Of a stretch of 64,000 bases of DNA, positions 28,720-39,082 are shown one piece after another; within the stretch, counting starts at the first letter, position 1, and each line of letters begins with the position of its first letter. Both the position numbers and the translations under genes were made by a program. The stretch spans positions 5,945 through 69,944 of the forward strand of contig JAFVEF010000037.1 in the NCBI GenBank assembly GCA_017478105.1. The letters run 5' to 3'. The notes beneath the pieces are model-generated. The model was not told the origin of the DNA. It worked only from the letters and a program-made list of their open reading frames with translations, and did not search any database. Origin of the DNA: Bacilli bacterium. GTDB taxonomy: Bacteria; Bacillota_I; Bacilli_A; RF39; UBA660.

Positions 28720-30096
28720 TTACTCCTCCTCATGGTGACAACTGCATTTTTCACCATCATGACAATCACATTCACACCCATCTTCACAGCAACAATCATC
28801 ACCACAATCATCATTCATATCTGAATCTGTTCCTAATTGTTCATCCAAATAATAAAGTAATACATCTAAACTTATAATATCCTCTTCTTTAGTTTTATTA
28901 TTTTTTATTTTTACTTCATTATTATTTAAATCTTCACTATTTAAAACACATGTAAATTTAGCTTTTAATCTATCAGCTTGTTTAAATTGAGCTTTTAGAC
29001 TTCTTCCAGTATATTCTGTTTCGACAATAAATCCAGCCATTCTCAACTCTTGAGCCAAATAAAGAGCATATTTCTTTTCTTCTTCATTAACATACATTAA
29101 GAATAAATCTACAGAATCTATAATAGGAAGTTTTACTTTTTCAAGTTCAAGTGCTTTAACAAGTCTTCCAATACCAGAAGCAAATCCCACACAAGGTGTT
29201 TCAGGCCCACCAAGTTGTGAAACAAGTCCATTATAACGTCCTCCACCACCTAATACATTATTTGCTCCAAAACCTTCAACTTTTGCTTCTATTTCAAAAA
29301 CTGTATGATTATAATAATCAAGACCTCTTACGATATTAGGATTAACTTCATAATTAATTTGTAAAATATCTAAATATTCTTGTACTTTTTTAAATCTTGC
29401 CATACTATCTTCATTTAAGTAATCTAAAACTTTAGGAGCATTTTTTAATAATTTATTATCTTGATCTACTTTACAATCTAATATTCTTAATGGATTCTTC
29501 TCTAATCTTTCTTTACAATCTTCACATAAATCATTTATATGTGGCTTAAAATATTTAACTAAAGCTTCTCTATAAGCTTTTCTAGATTCATTATCACCTA
29601 AACTATTTATATTAACTTTAATTTCTTTTAAACCTAACATTTTATATAGATTAAAAGCTAAAGAAATAACCTCTACATCACATAATGGATCATCACTACC
29701 TAATACTTCCATACCAAATTGAGTTAATTCTCTATCTCTACCACTTTGAGGTCTTTCATATCTATACATAGTTCCATTATAATAAACCTTTACTGGTTGA
29801 TTAGGATCACCATACATTTTATTTTCAATAAAACTACGTACAACCCCAGCAGTTCCCTCAGGACGTAGGGTAATATTTCTTCCACCTTTATCTACAAAAT
29901 CATAACTTTCCTTAGTGACAATATCTGTAGTTTCTCCAACACCCCTATGAAACAATTCACTAGCTTCAAATATTGGAGTACGAATGTAATTATAATTATA
30001 CTTTTCCATTAAAGCATCAATTACTTGATCTACATACTTCCAAACTTTAGCTTCCATTCCATAAATGTCGTTGCAACCTTTTTGTCTTTGTATCAT
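28720..30096 (-). CDS. hisS: Histidine--tRNA ligase with a C-terminal Cys/His/acidic-rich extension
   Basis: The start MIQRQKGCNDIYG at 30096 follows AGGAGGAA; the ORF-track start at 30156 lies inside the T-box leader. Motifs LRPEGTAGVVR, RYERPQSGRDREL and GGGRYNGL. Tail: ...CGDDCCCEDGCECDCHDGEKCSCHHEEE. Confidence 0.93.
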   Translation of the reverse strand: MIQRQKGCNDIYGMEAKVWKYVDQVIDALMEKYNYNYIRTPIFEASELFHRGVGETTDIVTKESYDFVDKGGRNITLRPEGTAGVVRSFIENKMYGDPNQPVKVYYNGTMYRYERPQSGRDRELTQFGMEVLGSDDPLCDVEVISLAFNLYKMLGLKEIKVNINSLGDNESRKAYREALVKYFKPHINDLCEDCKERLEKNPLRILDCKVDQDNKLLKNAPKVLDYLNEDSMARFKKVQEYLDILQINYEVNPNIVRGLDYYNHTVFEIEAKVEGFGANNVLGGGGRYNGLVSQLGGPETPCVGFASGIGRLVKALELEKVKLPIIDSVDLFLMYVNEEEKKYALYLAQELRMAGFIVETEYTGRSLKAQFKQADRLKAKFTCVLNSEDLNNNEVKIKNNKTKEEDIISLDVLLYYLDEQLGTDSDMNDDCGDDCCCEDGCECDCHDGEKCSCHHEEE

Positions 30097-30293
30097 ATTA
30101 TTCCTCCTAAAAATAAAAAGGTAACACTCCAAAGGACGATTAACTCGCGGTGCCACCTTATTTTTACTCTCTTAACTTTTAACGAAGTTACTCGCTTCCA
30201 TTTATCGAGATGTCTTCATTCTATTCTCATAAGTATTTTCACCAACCATACTCTCTCTAAAAATCAAATATAATTACTCTTTCCCAAGAAGAT
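30097..30293 (-). promoter_or_regulatory. T-box riboswitch leader of hisS-aspS (specifier GAC, Asp)
   Basis: On the minus strand: promoter TTGATT (30328-30323), 17 nt, TATAAT (30305-30300). AGAGAGAG box and distal loop GGUUGGUGAAA. Specifier loop AGUA.../GAA-GAC-A (GAC = 30214-30212). T-box AAGGUGGCACCGCG (30159-30146). Terminator AAGGUGGCAC / GUGUUACCUU plus U-run. Confidence 0.85.
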
Positions 30294-30328
30294 ATCTATA
30301 TTATAAATCATTTTATTAAAACAATCAA

Positions 30329-31489
30329 TTATTTCTTTAAAAGTTTTACCTCATCATTATAATAATCTTGAAACACCTTTTCAGTGTAACCTATCTTATC
30401 AAAATAATTAGTATCAAACATATTACCTCTCATATTAAAATAGTAATTCATCTCATCACTAGATAAACCTTCTTTTAAAACAACATTTTTTAAATATAAA
30501 GAAATAATATCTCCATAAGCATAATTATTATCTTCAAATAAATCAAAAACGATACTTTTATCAAATATATAATCTTTAATAACTTCTTTTTCATTAAAAA
30601 AATCTTTTATTTGATCATAAAGTATTTCTCTACTAACACCATTAATACTATCTAAATAAACATCATCAAATAATGTATAAATATAACTTTGAAATAAAAA
30701 GTCATAATTTGTGAATAAAAAAGAAAAAAACTCTTCTTTAGTATCATTTACTAATATATTATTTTTCATTAAATAATCTAAACTTAGTCTTTCAAATAAT
30801 CTAGATATTACCTCTTGATAAAACGATTGATAAAAGTATTTATTATACTCACCTGCACCCCCTAAAAAGTTATCCAAATCATATACATGCCCAAATTCAT
30901 GTGCTAATGTAACAAAAGTTTTTATATCATAATTAAAATCAGTTATAAAAACATCACTATCTTTATTTATAGGATTATAAACAGTAAATCCAAAACAATT
31001 ATCCCCTCTATTATGAGTAGAAAAAATCTTTTTATTAGAACAATACTTATTAAATAATTCTTCTAATTTTAAACTTTGCATAAATTCATAAAAAACAGAA
31101 TAAAATTCACTTTCAGAAAGAGTTTTTCTCGTATTGTTTTCAACCTCAACATAATCATCAACAAACAACAACTCTTCGACATTATCCATTGCACTCTCAA
31201 GAATAGATCTATGGTAATTCTTATTTAATATATAATTATCTAACATTTTATTTGAATATAAATCAAAATTTTTAATTAAAATCTTTCTATTTTTATGATC
31301 TTTAAATAGTTTTCTTTTTTCAAAATCAACTGGATAATTTGAAACCGCTCCGATACTTTCATATAAATTATTCATATAGTTTAAAAGAGCCATTCTCTCA
31401 TCTTTATTCTTAGCCTTATCATATAACTTAGAAGCCACTTCTACTCTATTATATAAATATCTAATATTATCTGTTACTACCATAAACAT
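30329..31489 (-). CDS. Putative zinc metallopeptidase (HExxH; M3/PepF-like core)
   Basis: 386 aa. TLAHEFGHVYD, with Glu residues about 25 aa downstream (YQEVISRLFE). Confidence 0.5.
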   Translation of the reverse strand: MFMVVTDNIRYLYNRVEVASKLYDKAKNKDERMALLNYMNNLYESIGAVSNYPVDFEKRKLFKDHKNRKILIKNFDLYSNKMLDNYILNKNYHRSILESAMDNVEELLFVDDYVEVENNTRKTLSESEFYSVFYEFMQSLKLEELFNKYCSNKKIFSTHNRGDNCFGFTVYNPINKDSDVFITDFNYDIKTFVTLAHEFGHVYDLDNFLGGAGEYNKYFYQSFYQEVISRLFERLSLDYLMKNNILVNDTKEEFFSFLFTNYDFLFQSYIYTLFDDVYLDSINGVSREILYDQIKDFFNEKEVIKDYIFDKSIVFDLFEDNNYAYGDIISLYLKNVVLKEGLSSDEMNYYFNMRGNMFDTNYFDKIGYTEKVFQDYYNDEVKLLKK

Positions 31490-31527
31490 TCCTCACAATT
31501 AAATTATTATAGCATAAAAAAAAGAAA

Positions 31528-32586
31528 CTAAATAGTTTCTTTTACAATATCCATACCTTTTTTCAAATCTTTTCTAAAGAATAAGAATGTAGTTCTAAGT
31601 AATAAATATATTGGTAAAGCTAAAATAATTCCCCATACTCCCGCAACAGTACCACCTATTGATACAGCCATAATAGTAATTAGTGGATTAACATTATTAG
31701 TTTTTCCATATACTTTAGGACTAATTATATAACCATCTACTTGAGGGAATATCAAACATATAACTGTTGTCGCAATAACCAAAGGTAGAGAAACAACACT
31801 TGCTAAAATAATCGCAATTATATTAGTTATTAATCCACCAAAATATGGAATAACCGTTGTAACACATGCCAGTAAACCAAGAACTAACCAGTTTGGATGA
31901 CCAATTATTAAAAATAACAAACTGTATTCAATAAACTGAATAACCATAAATATTTCTAAACCCTCTAAATAATTAGTTATTTCTATATCCATAAGTTTTA
32001 TATAATCAAATAATCTTTTATTATAAGCAACTAATAATTCCTTTACCCCACTACGTATTTTTTTCATATCTAATAAGAAATAAATAAATCCAACAAAACC
32101 AATAATAAACTTACCTATAAAACTAAAAGATTTATTTAAAATATCAACAGTAGTAGAAGATGTAAAATTACCTATTTCTTTTATAGCTCCATTTAAATAA
32201 TCCTTAATTTGAATTTCAAAAGATCCAATATTCAAATGAAATTTATTACTAACATTATTTAATACTTCAACAATCATTTTTAATAATAATGATAATTGAT
32301 CATATAACATTGGTAAAGTAATCGCTAAAAGTCCAATCAATAGTAAAACAACTCCAATAATAACTATTAAACAAGACATTCCTCTACTCAATCCCTTATC
32401 CTGTAATAATCTAACTAGCGGTGTAAAAGCATAAGCAAAAGCAAATCCCACAAGAAATGGCGATATTACTACAATAGACTTAGTTAAAAATCCCCAACAA
32501 AGTCCAATATTTTTAATACCTAAAAATATCAATAACATTAAAAATGCTGAATTAATAACTCCATAATTAAATTTTTTAGAAAACAT
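31528..32586 (-). CDS. AI-2E family transporter (PerM-like permease)
   Basis: 352 aa, about 8 TM segments. C-terminal IPYFGG...ISPKVYG...NPL motif region is typical of the family. Confidence 0.75.
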   Translation of the reverse strand: MFSKKFNYGVINSAFLMLLIFLGIKNIGLCWGFLTKSIVVISPFLVGFAFAYAFTPLVRLLQDKGLSRGMSCLIVIIGVVLLLIGLLAITLPMLYDQLSLLLKMIVEVLNNVSNKFHLNIGSFEIQIKDYLNGAIKEIGNFTSSTTVDILNKSFSFIGKFIIGFVGFIYFLLDMKKIRSGVKELLVAYNKRLFDYIKLMDIEITNYLEGLEIFMVIQFIEYSLLFLIIGHPNWLVLGLLACVTTVIPYFGGLITNIIAIILASVVSLPLVIATTVICLIFPQVDGYIISPKVYGKTNNVNPLITIMAVSIGGTVAGVWGIILALPIYLLLRTTFLFFRKDLKKGMDIVKETI

Positions 32587-32590
32587 AAAA

Positions 32591-33025
32591 TTACCTCTCT
32601 AACATAATAGTAGTTGGACCAATATTAGTAATAGAAACAATCATATCAGCTCCAAATACTCCTTTTTCAACTTTAACATATTTTTCAAGTTCACAATTAA
32701 ATGAATCATATAATATACTTGCTTCATTTCCATTTAATGCCTCAACATAACTCGGCCTATTTCCCTTTTTAGTATCAGCATATAAAGTAAACTGTGAAAT
32801 AGAAAGAATGCTTCCACCATAATCTAAAATACTCTTGTTCATAACACCTGCTTCATCTGGAAATATTCTTAGATTAACTATTTTTTTTGCTAAATAAGAA
32901 ATTTTACTCATATCATCACCTTCAGTAAAACCTACTAAAACTACTAAACCTTCATCAATTTTACCAACTGTTTTAGAATCAACAACTACTGATGATTTAC
33001 CACTTCTTTGCACCAAAACTCTCAT
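32591..33025 (-). CDS. dtd: D-aminoacyl-tRNA deacylase
   Basis: 144 aa. MRVLVQR..., SQFTLYADTKKGNRPS. ATGA overlap with relA. Confidence 0.93.
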   Translation of the reverse strand: MRVLVQRSGKSSVVVDSKTVGKIDEGLVVLVGFTEGDDMSKISYLAKKIVNLRIFPDEAGVMNKSILDYGGSILSISQFTLYADTKKGNRPSYVEALNGNEASILYDSFNCELEKYVKVEKGVFGADMIVSITNIGPTTIMLER

Positions 33026-35172
33026 TTAATAGCCCTCTCTACTTTCTCAATATATTTATTTTTATTCAAAGCAACCATTAATTTATTTAAATGATCAACA
33101 CTAGTAACATAACAATTCAATTCATAAATAGCCTTATCTTCACGATTTATTGTTTTAATCTCATCAACTCCAACATTTATAATTGAAGCACTTTGAACAA
33201 TATCTAACATATGATTTTCATTATCAGTTGCATATACTAATAAACATGTTAAATATCTTTTATTAGTGTTAGAATTCCATGCAACTTCTAATGTTCTATC
33301 ACCAATAGTTTCTAGATTATGACAATTTAGTCTATGAACACTAATACCATTTCCTTTAGTAATATAACCAATAATAGGATCACCATATACTGGATTACAA
33401 CAATTAGCTAAATTTACTTTAACTTTATCAATACCACTAACCACAATATCAGCATCAACATATTTCTTAGGTACTTTAACAACTTTAGGTGCAGGTAATT
33501 CATCATCTTTATAAATAGTATTTATAACATTTCCAACAGTAGCTTTACCATTACCTATACTTAAATATATTTCATCTAAATCATCAACTTTAATAGATTC
33601 ACATATTTTTTTAACATTTTCATCATTTATAAAATCTGAAAAACTATACTTTCTTTTTCTAAGTTCCTTTTCTAAAGCATATTTACCACGCTCTATATAT
33701 ATTTCTCTATCATTTTTAGTAAAGAAACTCTTAATCTTATTTCTAGCTGCAGTACTTTTAACCATATTAATCCACTCTTTTGATGGAGTAGAATTTTTAT
33801 TAGTATTAATTTTTACTATATCATTATTTTTTAATTCATAATTAAGTGGAACAATATTATTATTAACAATAGCTCCAACTGTTGTTTCACCAACTTTTGT
33901 ATGAATATGATAAGCAAAATCAAGTGGTGTAGAACCTTTAGGTAATTCCATTACATCACCTTTAGGTGTAAACACATAAATATTATTATTTAAAACTTCA
34001 TCTTTAACACTATTAACAAAATCTTCACTACTCATTTTATCATGACTTAAATCAATTATAGATTTAAAAAATTGTAGTTTTTGTTCAGTAGTATTTTGAA
34101 GATTTGCTTGTGAATTACTTCCACCATTTTCTTTATAAGCCCAATGTGAAGCAATACCATTTTCCGCAACTTCATCCATATCATAAGTTCTAATTTGTAT
34201 TTCAAATAACATTCCATCAATACCAAATACAGTAGTATGTAGAGATTGATACATATTAGGTTTAGGCATTGCGATATAATCTTTAAATCTTTTTGGAAGA
34301 GGTCTAAATTTAGAATGAATTAAACCAAGTGCTAAATAACATTCTTGTTCGGTATTTACTAATATTCTTAAAGCAAGTAAATCAAAAATATCACTAAATT
34401 TCTTTCCCTTATCCATTTTATTATAAATACTATAAATACTTTTACTTCTTCCTTTTATTTCATGAGGTATATGATGTTCACTTAATAAATCACTAACCTC
34501 AGTTTGCATATCATAAACCGTTTTATCTCTTTCAAGCTTTGTTTTATTAAGTTTTTCTGCAATATCATAAAAAACATCTGGTTTTAAATAACGTAGAGAT
34601 AAATCTTCTAATTCACTTTTAATCTTATGAATACCTAAATGATGAGCAATAGGAGCGAGTATATCTAAAGCTTCATGAGATTTTACTTTTTGTCTATCCT
34701 CAGGAATAGCCCACAAAGTTCTCATATTATGAAGTCTATCAGCTAACTTTACAATAATAACTCTAACATCTTCACTCATCCCAACAATAATTTTTTTATA
34801 GTAATCTATCAAATACTCATTTTCAGTAGAAAAATGTATCTTTGATAATTTGGTAACCCCTTGAACCAACTTCGTTATAACAGGGCCAAATTCCTCTTGC
34901 ATCTCTTCCACTGTACAATCACAATCCTCTAAAACATCATGTAAAAGTCCAGCCGAAATAGTTTCATAATCAGCATATATACTTATAAGAATTAAGGCAA
35001 CATTCATCGGATGATAAATGTATGCCTCTCCACTCTTTCTATATTGCCCATCATGCTTCTCCAATGCAAATAAATAGGCTTTTTTAATAATAGCAAGTTG
35101 TTCTTCATCTTCAATATATGATTTTGCCTTTTCAAGTATCTCTTCAATAGAAATCTTCTCTATCTTTGACAA
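33022..35172 (-). CDS. relA: Bifunctional (p)ppGpp synthetase/hydrolase Rel
   Basis: 716 aa. HD domain (HPMNVA, LHDVLED), synthetase domain (YQSLHTTV), TGS and ACT regions. Ends in TGA. Confidence 0.95.
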   Translation of the reverse strand: MSKIEKISIEEILEKAKSYIEDEEQLAIIKKAYLFALEKHDGQYRKSGEAYIYHPMNVALILISIYADYETISAGLLHDVLEDCDCTVEEMQEEFGPVITKLVQGVTKLSKIHFSTENEYLIDYYKKIIVGMSEDVRVIIVKLADRLHNMRTLWAIPEDRQKVKSHEALDILAPIAHHLGIHKIKSELEDLSLRYLKPDVFYDIAEKLNKTKLERDKTVYDMQTEVSDLLSEHHIPHEIKGRSKSIYSIYNKMDKGKKFSDIFDLLALRILVNTEQECYLALGLIHSKFRPLPKRFKDYIAMPKPNMYQSLHTTVFGIDGMLFEIQIRTYDMDEVAENGIASHWAYKENGGSNSQANLQNTTEQKLQFFKSIIDLSHDKMSSEDFVNSVKDEVLNNNIYVFTPKGDVMELPKGSTPLDFAYHIHTKVGETTVGAIVNNNIVPLNYELKNNDIVKINTNKNSTPSKEWINMVKSTAARNKIKSFFTKNDREIYIERGKYALEKELRKRKYSFSDFINDENVKKICESIKVDDLDEIYLSIGNGKATVGNVINTIYKDDELPAPKVVKVPKKYVDADIVVSGIDKVKVNLANCCNPVYGDPIIGYITKGNGISVHRLNCHNLETIGDRTLEVAWNSNTNKRYLTCLLVYATDNENHMLDIVQSASIINVGVDEIKTINREDKAIYELNCYVTSVDHLNKLMVALNKNKYIEKVERAIK

Positions 35173-35190
35173 AGAACATCCCTCCCCTCA

Positions 35191-37470
35191 TTAACAATTT
35201 ATTCCTTTTATCTTTTTCTCCTCTAAATCATCTTTATAAACTTTTTTCTTTTTTTCTTCTTTTCCAAGATTTTTCTTTTCTAATAAAATAAATATTAATG
35301 TAGCAATAAATATAGACGAATACGTACCAGCAATAAGTCCAAATAACATTGCCATATTAAATGTAAATATACCACTAGATCCAAGTAATAATAATACAAC
35401 AACAGGAAGTAGCGTTGTAACAGTAGTATAAATTGTACGAGTAAATGTCTCTTGAATACTTCTATTACATATATCTACAAACTTATCATAAGAAAGCTTC
35501 TTTTCTTCCTTACTTAAATTTTCACGAATTCTATCGAAGGATACAATTGTATCATTTATTGAATAACCTATAATTGCAAGTACTGCAGCGATAAACATTG
35601 AATTAACTTCTAATCGACATATTAAGAATAAACTAAACATTATTAACACGTCATGTATTAAAGCAACAACTCCACCTACAGCATAACTAAATTTAAATCT
35701 AATTGATACATATATGATAATACCAAGTAAAGCAATTAAAACAGAAAGAACAGCATTTTTAACTAGTTCACGTTGAACCATATTAGTAACAACACCAACA
35801 TTTACTTTAGCATCATATTTTTCTTCAAAATAATTATTAACTTCTTTTACTTTTTCTCCATCTAAAGATTTATTAAGTCTAATACTTACTTCTTTAGAAG
35901 AAATATCTATATCACTTGCTTTGTATCCTAAAGTTTTTAAATCATTAGTTATATCAGATTTTTTAATTTTTTCATCAGTAACAATTTCAATAGATGTACC
36001 ACTCATATAATCTATTCCAAGAACAAATCCCTTAGTAAATAGAAGAACACATCCAGCTAAAATTATTAAGCATGAAATACCAAGGCATATATATTTAGGT
36101 TTAAAGAAATTAACTTTATGGAAACGATTAGGTTTCTTTTCTTCATTTTTACTTACATCAGGAATATCTTCCTTTTTAATATTTATAAATAATTTAGTTT
36201 TATCATTAAAGTAATTAGTCTTAACAAATAATGATAATAAGAATCTAGTTAAATATACCATTGTTACCATAGTAACTAATACAGTAATAATCAACATTGT
36301 TGCAAATCCTTTAATACTAGATTCACCAAACATAAACATTATAATTGCAACTATTAAAGTAGTAATATTAGAATCTAATATTGCACTAAAACTCTCTTTT
36401 GATCCTTCTTTAAAAGCATTAGGTAAACTCTTACCGCTAAGTAATTCTTCTCTAATTCTTGCATAAGTAATAACATTTGAATCTACTGCCATACCTATTC
36501 CTAATACTAAAGCAGCAATTCCAGGAAGAGTTAACACTCCACCTACTACCCAAAAGACAAAGAATACTAAGAATGTATATAACATCATAGATACTGCCGA
36601 AATAAATCCAACAAAATGATAAATAAACATCAAAATAATCATAATTGCTGCAATAGCAATAATACCAGCAACTAAAGTAGTTTGTAATGTTTTTGTTCCA
36701 AAACTTGCTCCAACTGTATTAGAAGATACTTCAGTTAATTTAGATGGAAGTGATCCACTATTTATTAAATCAACTAAATTACTTACTTCTTCTTGAGTAA
36801 ATTTACCTTGAATAATTACATCACTTGCAAATCCTTGTGATACAGTAGCTGCAGATAAACAATTAGATTCACTAGTACCACATAAACTTCCTTCTTTAGC
36901 ATAACTATCTGTTAAATCATTATAATCTAACCAAATAACAATTAAATTTTTACCTTCTCCACGTCCACTAACATCTTTAGTAACTTCATAAAATTTATCT
37001 TTATCTTTTACAGATAAAGCAACTGCCGGAGAACCTGTAGAATCTTGTCCAACTTTTGCTCCACCAGCTTTTAAAACATCACTAGTCATTAATAAATTAT
37101 TATCAACATCACGGAATGATAAAGTAGCAACAGTTGATAATTGACTACGTGCTTCATCTGGATTTTTAACTCCAGCTAATTTAACCCTAATTTTGTCATT
37201 TCCCTCAACAATAATTTCAGGTTCACTAACCCCTAAACTATCAATTCTTTTACTAAGTGTTTTATAAGTTGCTGTTAACTTTTCATTTGTCATTTTAGAT
37301 CCATCAATAGATTCAGCTTTATATAATATTTCAAACCCACCTTGTAAATCTAATCCAAATTTTAAATTATTAAAAAGTGGTACAAATAAAAAACCAACAC
37401 CTACAACAACAAGCATTAAAAAAACACTAGTTTTTATAACCTTCTTTAATCCTTTTTCATTTTTTTTCAT
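35191..37470 (-). CDS. secDF: Fused protein-export membrane protein SecDF
   Basis: 759 aa with two 6-TM halves. LDLQGG near the N-terminus; IGMAVDSNVITYARIREE and GYSINDTIVSFDRIRE. Confidence 0.93.
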   Translation of the reverse strand: MKKNEKGLKKVIKTSVFLMLVVVGVGFLFVPLFNNLKFGLDLQGGFEILYKAESIDGSKMTNEKLTATYKTLSKRIDSLGVSEPEIIVEGNDKIRVKLAGVKNPDEARSQLSTVATLSFRDVDNNLLMTSDVLKAGGAKVGQDSTGSPAVALSVKDKDKFYEVTKDVSGRGEGKNLIVIWLDYNDLTDSYAKEGSLCGTSESNCLSAATVSQGFASDVIIQGKFTQEEVSNLVDLINSGSLPSKLTEVSSNTVGASFGTKTLQTTLVAGIIAIAAIMIILMFIYHFVGFISAVSMMLYTFLVFFVFWVVGGVLTLPGIAALVLGIGMAVDSNVITYARIREELLSGKSLPNAFKEGSKESFSAILDSNITTLIVAIIMFMFGESSIKGFATMLIITVLVTMVTMVYLTRFLLSLFVKTNYFNDKTKLFINIKKEDIPDVSKNEEKKPNRFHKVNFFKPKYICLGISCLIILAGCVLLFTKGFVLGIDYMSGTSIEIVTDEKIKKSDITNDLKTLGYKASDIDISSKEVSIRLNKSLDGEKVKEVNNYFEEKYDAKVNVGVVTNMVQRELVKNAVLSVLIALLGIIIYVSIRFKFSYAVGGVVALIHDVLIMFSLFLICRLEVNSMFIAAVLAIIGYSINDTIVSFDRIRENLSKEEKKLSYDKFVDICNRSIQETFTRTIYTTVTTLLPVVVLLLLGSSGIFTFNMAMLFGLIAGTYSSIFIATLIFILLEKKNLGKEEKKKKVYKDDLEEKKIKGINC

Positions 37471-37494
37471 GTCCTCACCTCATATATTATTTCA

Positions 37495-37752
37495 TCAAAA
37501 AGTATTCTTCTTATTTTCTAAATAAGATATAATATCATTTTCATTTATATTCATAATATCATCAACTATATCACATAAGTATAAATTATGACTATTTATC
37601 CACTTATTTTCAATTAAACAATTCCAAATATCATTACTACTAACAGTAATACCTTTCTTTTTAAAATCATTTTCTCTTATGAACAAACAATACTTTACTC
37701 TCTGATATAGTTCCTCTTTATTAGAAAACATATCATTCATAAAAGAATACAC
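37495..37752 (-). CDS. Small conserved protein, possibly ComN/YrzD-like post-transcriptional regulator
   Basis: 85 aa, directly upstream of secDF as yrzD is in B. subtilis. Assignment rests on position and size only. Confidence 0.3.
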   Translation of the reverse strand: MYSFMNDMFSNKEELYQRVKYCLFIRENDFKKKGITVSSNDIWNCLIENKWINSHNLYLCDIVDDIMNINENDIISYLENKKNTF

Positions 37753-37826
37753 CTTCCCTGAATCAATACTATTATAACGAATAAAGAAAAAAAATTAAAG
37801 TATTATTCTTTAATTTTTCATATATT

Positions 37827-38723
37827 TTAGAGTTTTGCTCTAGGAAAAGTATGATAATATACTTCTTTTAATCTATCTGTTGTAACGTGAGTATAAATTT
37901 GAGTTGCTTTTATACTCTCATGTCCCAATAATTTTTGAACTGTAATCAAGTCACACCCTTGGTTTAATAAATGAGTCGCAAAACTATGTCTAATCATATG
38001 TGGAGATATTTTTTTATTTATACAAGTCTTTTTTATTAACTGATCAAGTACATATCTTACTCCTCTTTCAGTTATTTCATAACCATTACTATTTAAAAAT
38101 AATGAATCTATATTATTACAATTTAATCTTTCTCTTCCATCACTTAAATATAAGTTTAAGGCCTCTAAACAATACTGTCCAAAACAAACAACTCTTTCTT
38201 TATTACCCTTACCAAGTATAATAATAGTCTTATTATTAAAATCAATATCAGAGACTTTAATATGAACTAATTCCCCAACACGAACTCCAGTAGCATAAAG
38301 CATTTCTAAAATAAGCAAATCTCTTTGTCCCAAAGGAGTTCTCTTATCAGGTACTAAAAACAACTCTTCCAATTCATTATATTCAAAATATCTTGGTAAC
38401 TTTTTACTTTTTTTAGGACCATTTACTAGAGAAAAAACATTACTCTTAATAAATCCCTCATTACAAAGATATTTATAAAAACCTCTAAGTGAACTAAGTT
38501 TTCTATTTATAGTTGAATTATTATCTTTTTTTTCATCCTTTAAATACATTAAATAAAATCTAATATCACTATATTCAACATCTAAGAAAGATAACTCTTC
38601 TCTTTTTAGAAAATCAAAATATTCTAATATATCATCTTTATAATTTAAAACAGTATAAGAAGAATAATTCTTCTGATATTTTAAATAATCTAAATAACTA
38701 TTCAATTCTTTCAAAAATATCAC
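37827..38723 (-). CDS. xerC: Tyrosine recombinase XerC/CodV-type
   Basis: 298 aa. N-terminal SAM-like core-binding domain. Catalytic ATGVRVGEL, HMIRHSFATHLL, LLGHESIKATQIYTHV. Downstream of topA as in Bacillus. Confidence 0.7.
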   Translation of the reverse strand: MIFLKELNSYLDYLKYQKNYSSYTVLNYKDDILEYFDFLKREELSFLDVEYSDIRFYLMYLKDEKKDNNSTINRKLSSLRGFYKYLCNEGFIKSNVFSLVNGPKKSKKLPRYFEYNELEELFLVPDKRTPLGQRDLLILEMLYATGVRVGELVHIKVSDIDFNNKTIIILGKGNKERVVCFGQYCLEALNLYLSDGRERLNCNNIDSLFLNSNGYEITERGVRYVLDQLIKKTCINKKISPHMIRHSFATHLLNQGCDLITVQKLLGHESIKATQIYTHVTTDRLKEVYYHTFPRAKL

Positions 38724-38724
38724 C

Positions 38725-39063
38725 TTATTTATTTACTTCATAATTACAATTAGTTATAGAATTAACTAAAAAATCATCTAAATCAACCTCATAGCAAATA
38801 TCAGTATTTTTCTCTCTAAATAAGAATTTATTATTATCTTTTTTCAATAAAACATAATCATCACCAGTTTTATGAGTCTGCCCCAATACTAAATATAAAG
38901 CTTTATTTTCTTCACCTTTTATATTATCAATTGAAACATTTTCAGAATATTCATCTACATTATCAATATACTCATTTTTATCTTTACTAGTGTTAGATTC
39001 ATTAAATAATATAAACAAAACAATACCAACAATTATTATTATAAAAGCAATAACAATCATCAT
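38725..39063 (-). CDS. Small single-pass membrane protein (hypothetical)
   Basis: The ORF-track N-terminus overlaps the pilin-like gene. The start used here is ATG 39063 (MMIVIAFIIIIVGIVLFILF...) but is uncertain. The stop lies 1 nt before the xerC ATG. Confidence 0.45.
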   Translation of the reverse strand: MMIVIAFIIIIVGIVLFILFNESNTSKDKNEYIDNVDEYSENVSIDNIKGEENKALYLVLGQTHKTGDDYVLLKKDNNKFLFREKNTDICYEVDLDDFLVNSITNCNYEVNK

Positions 39064-39082
39064 TAAACTAATTTTTTTTATT

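Noticed and set aside
30025-30273. An 82-aa plus-strand ORF, and the 20-codon N-terminal extension of the ORF-track hisS (to 30156).
   Set aside because: Both lie over the T-box leader and terminator. The hisS RBS (AGGAGGAA) precedes ATG 30096.
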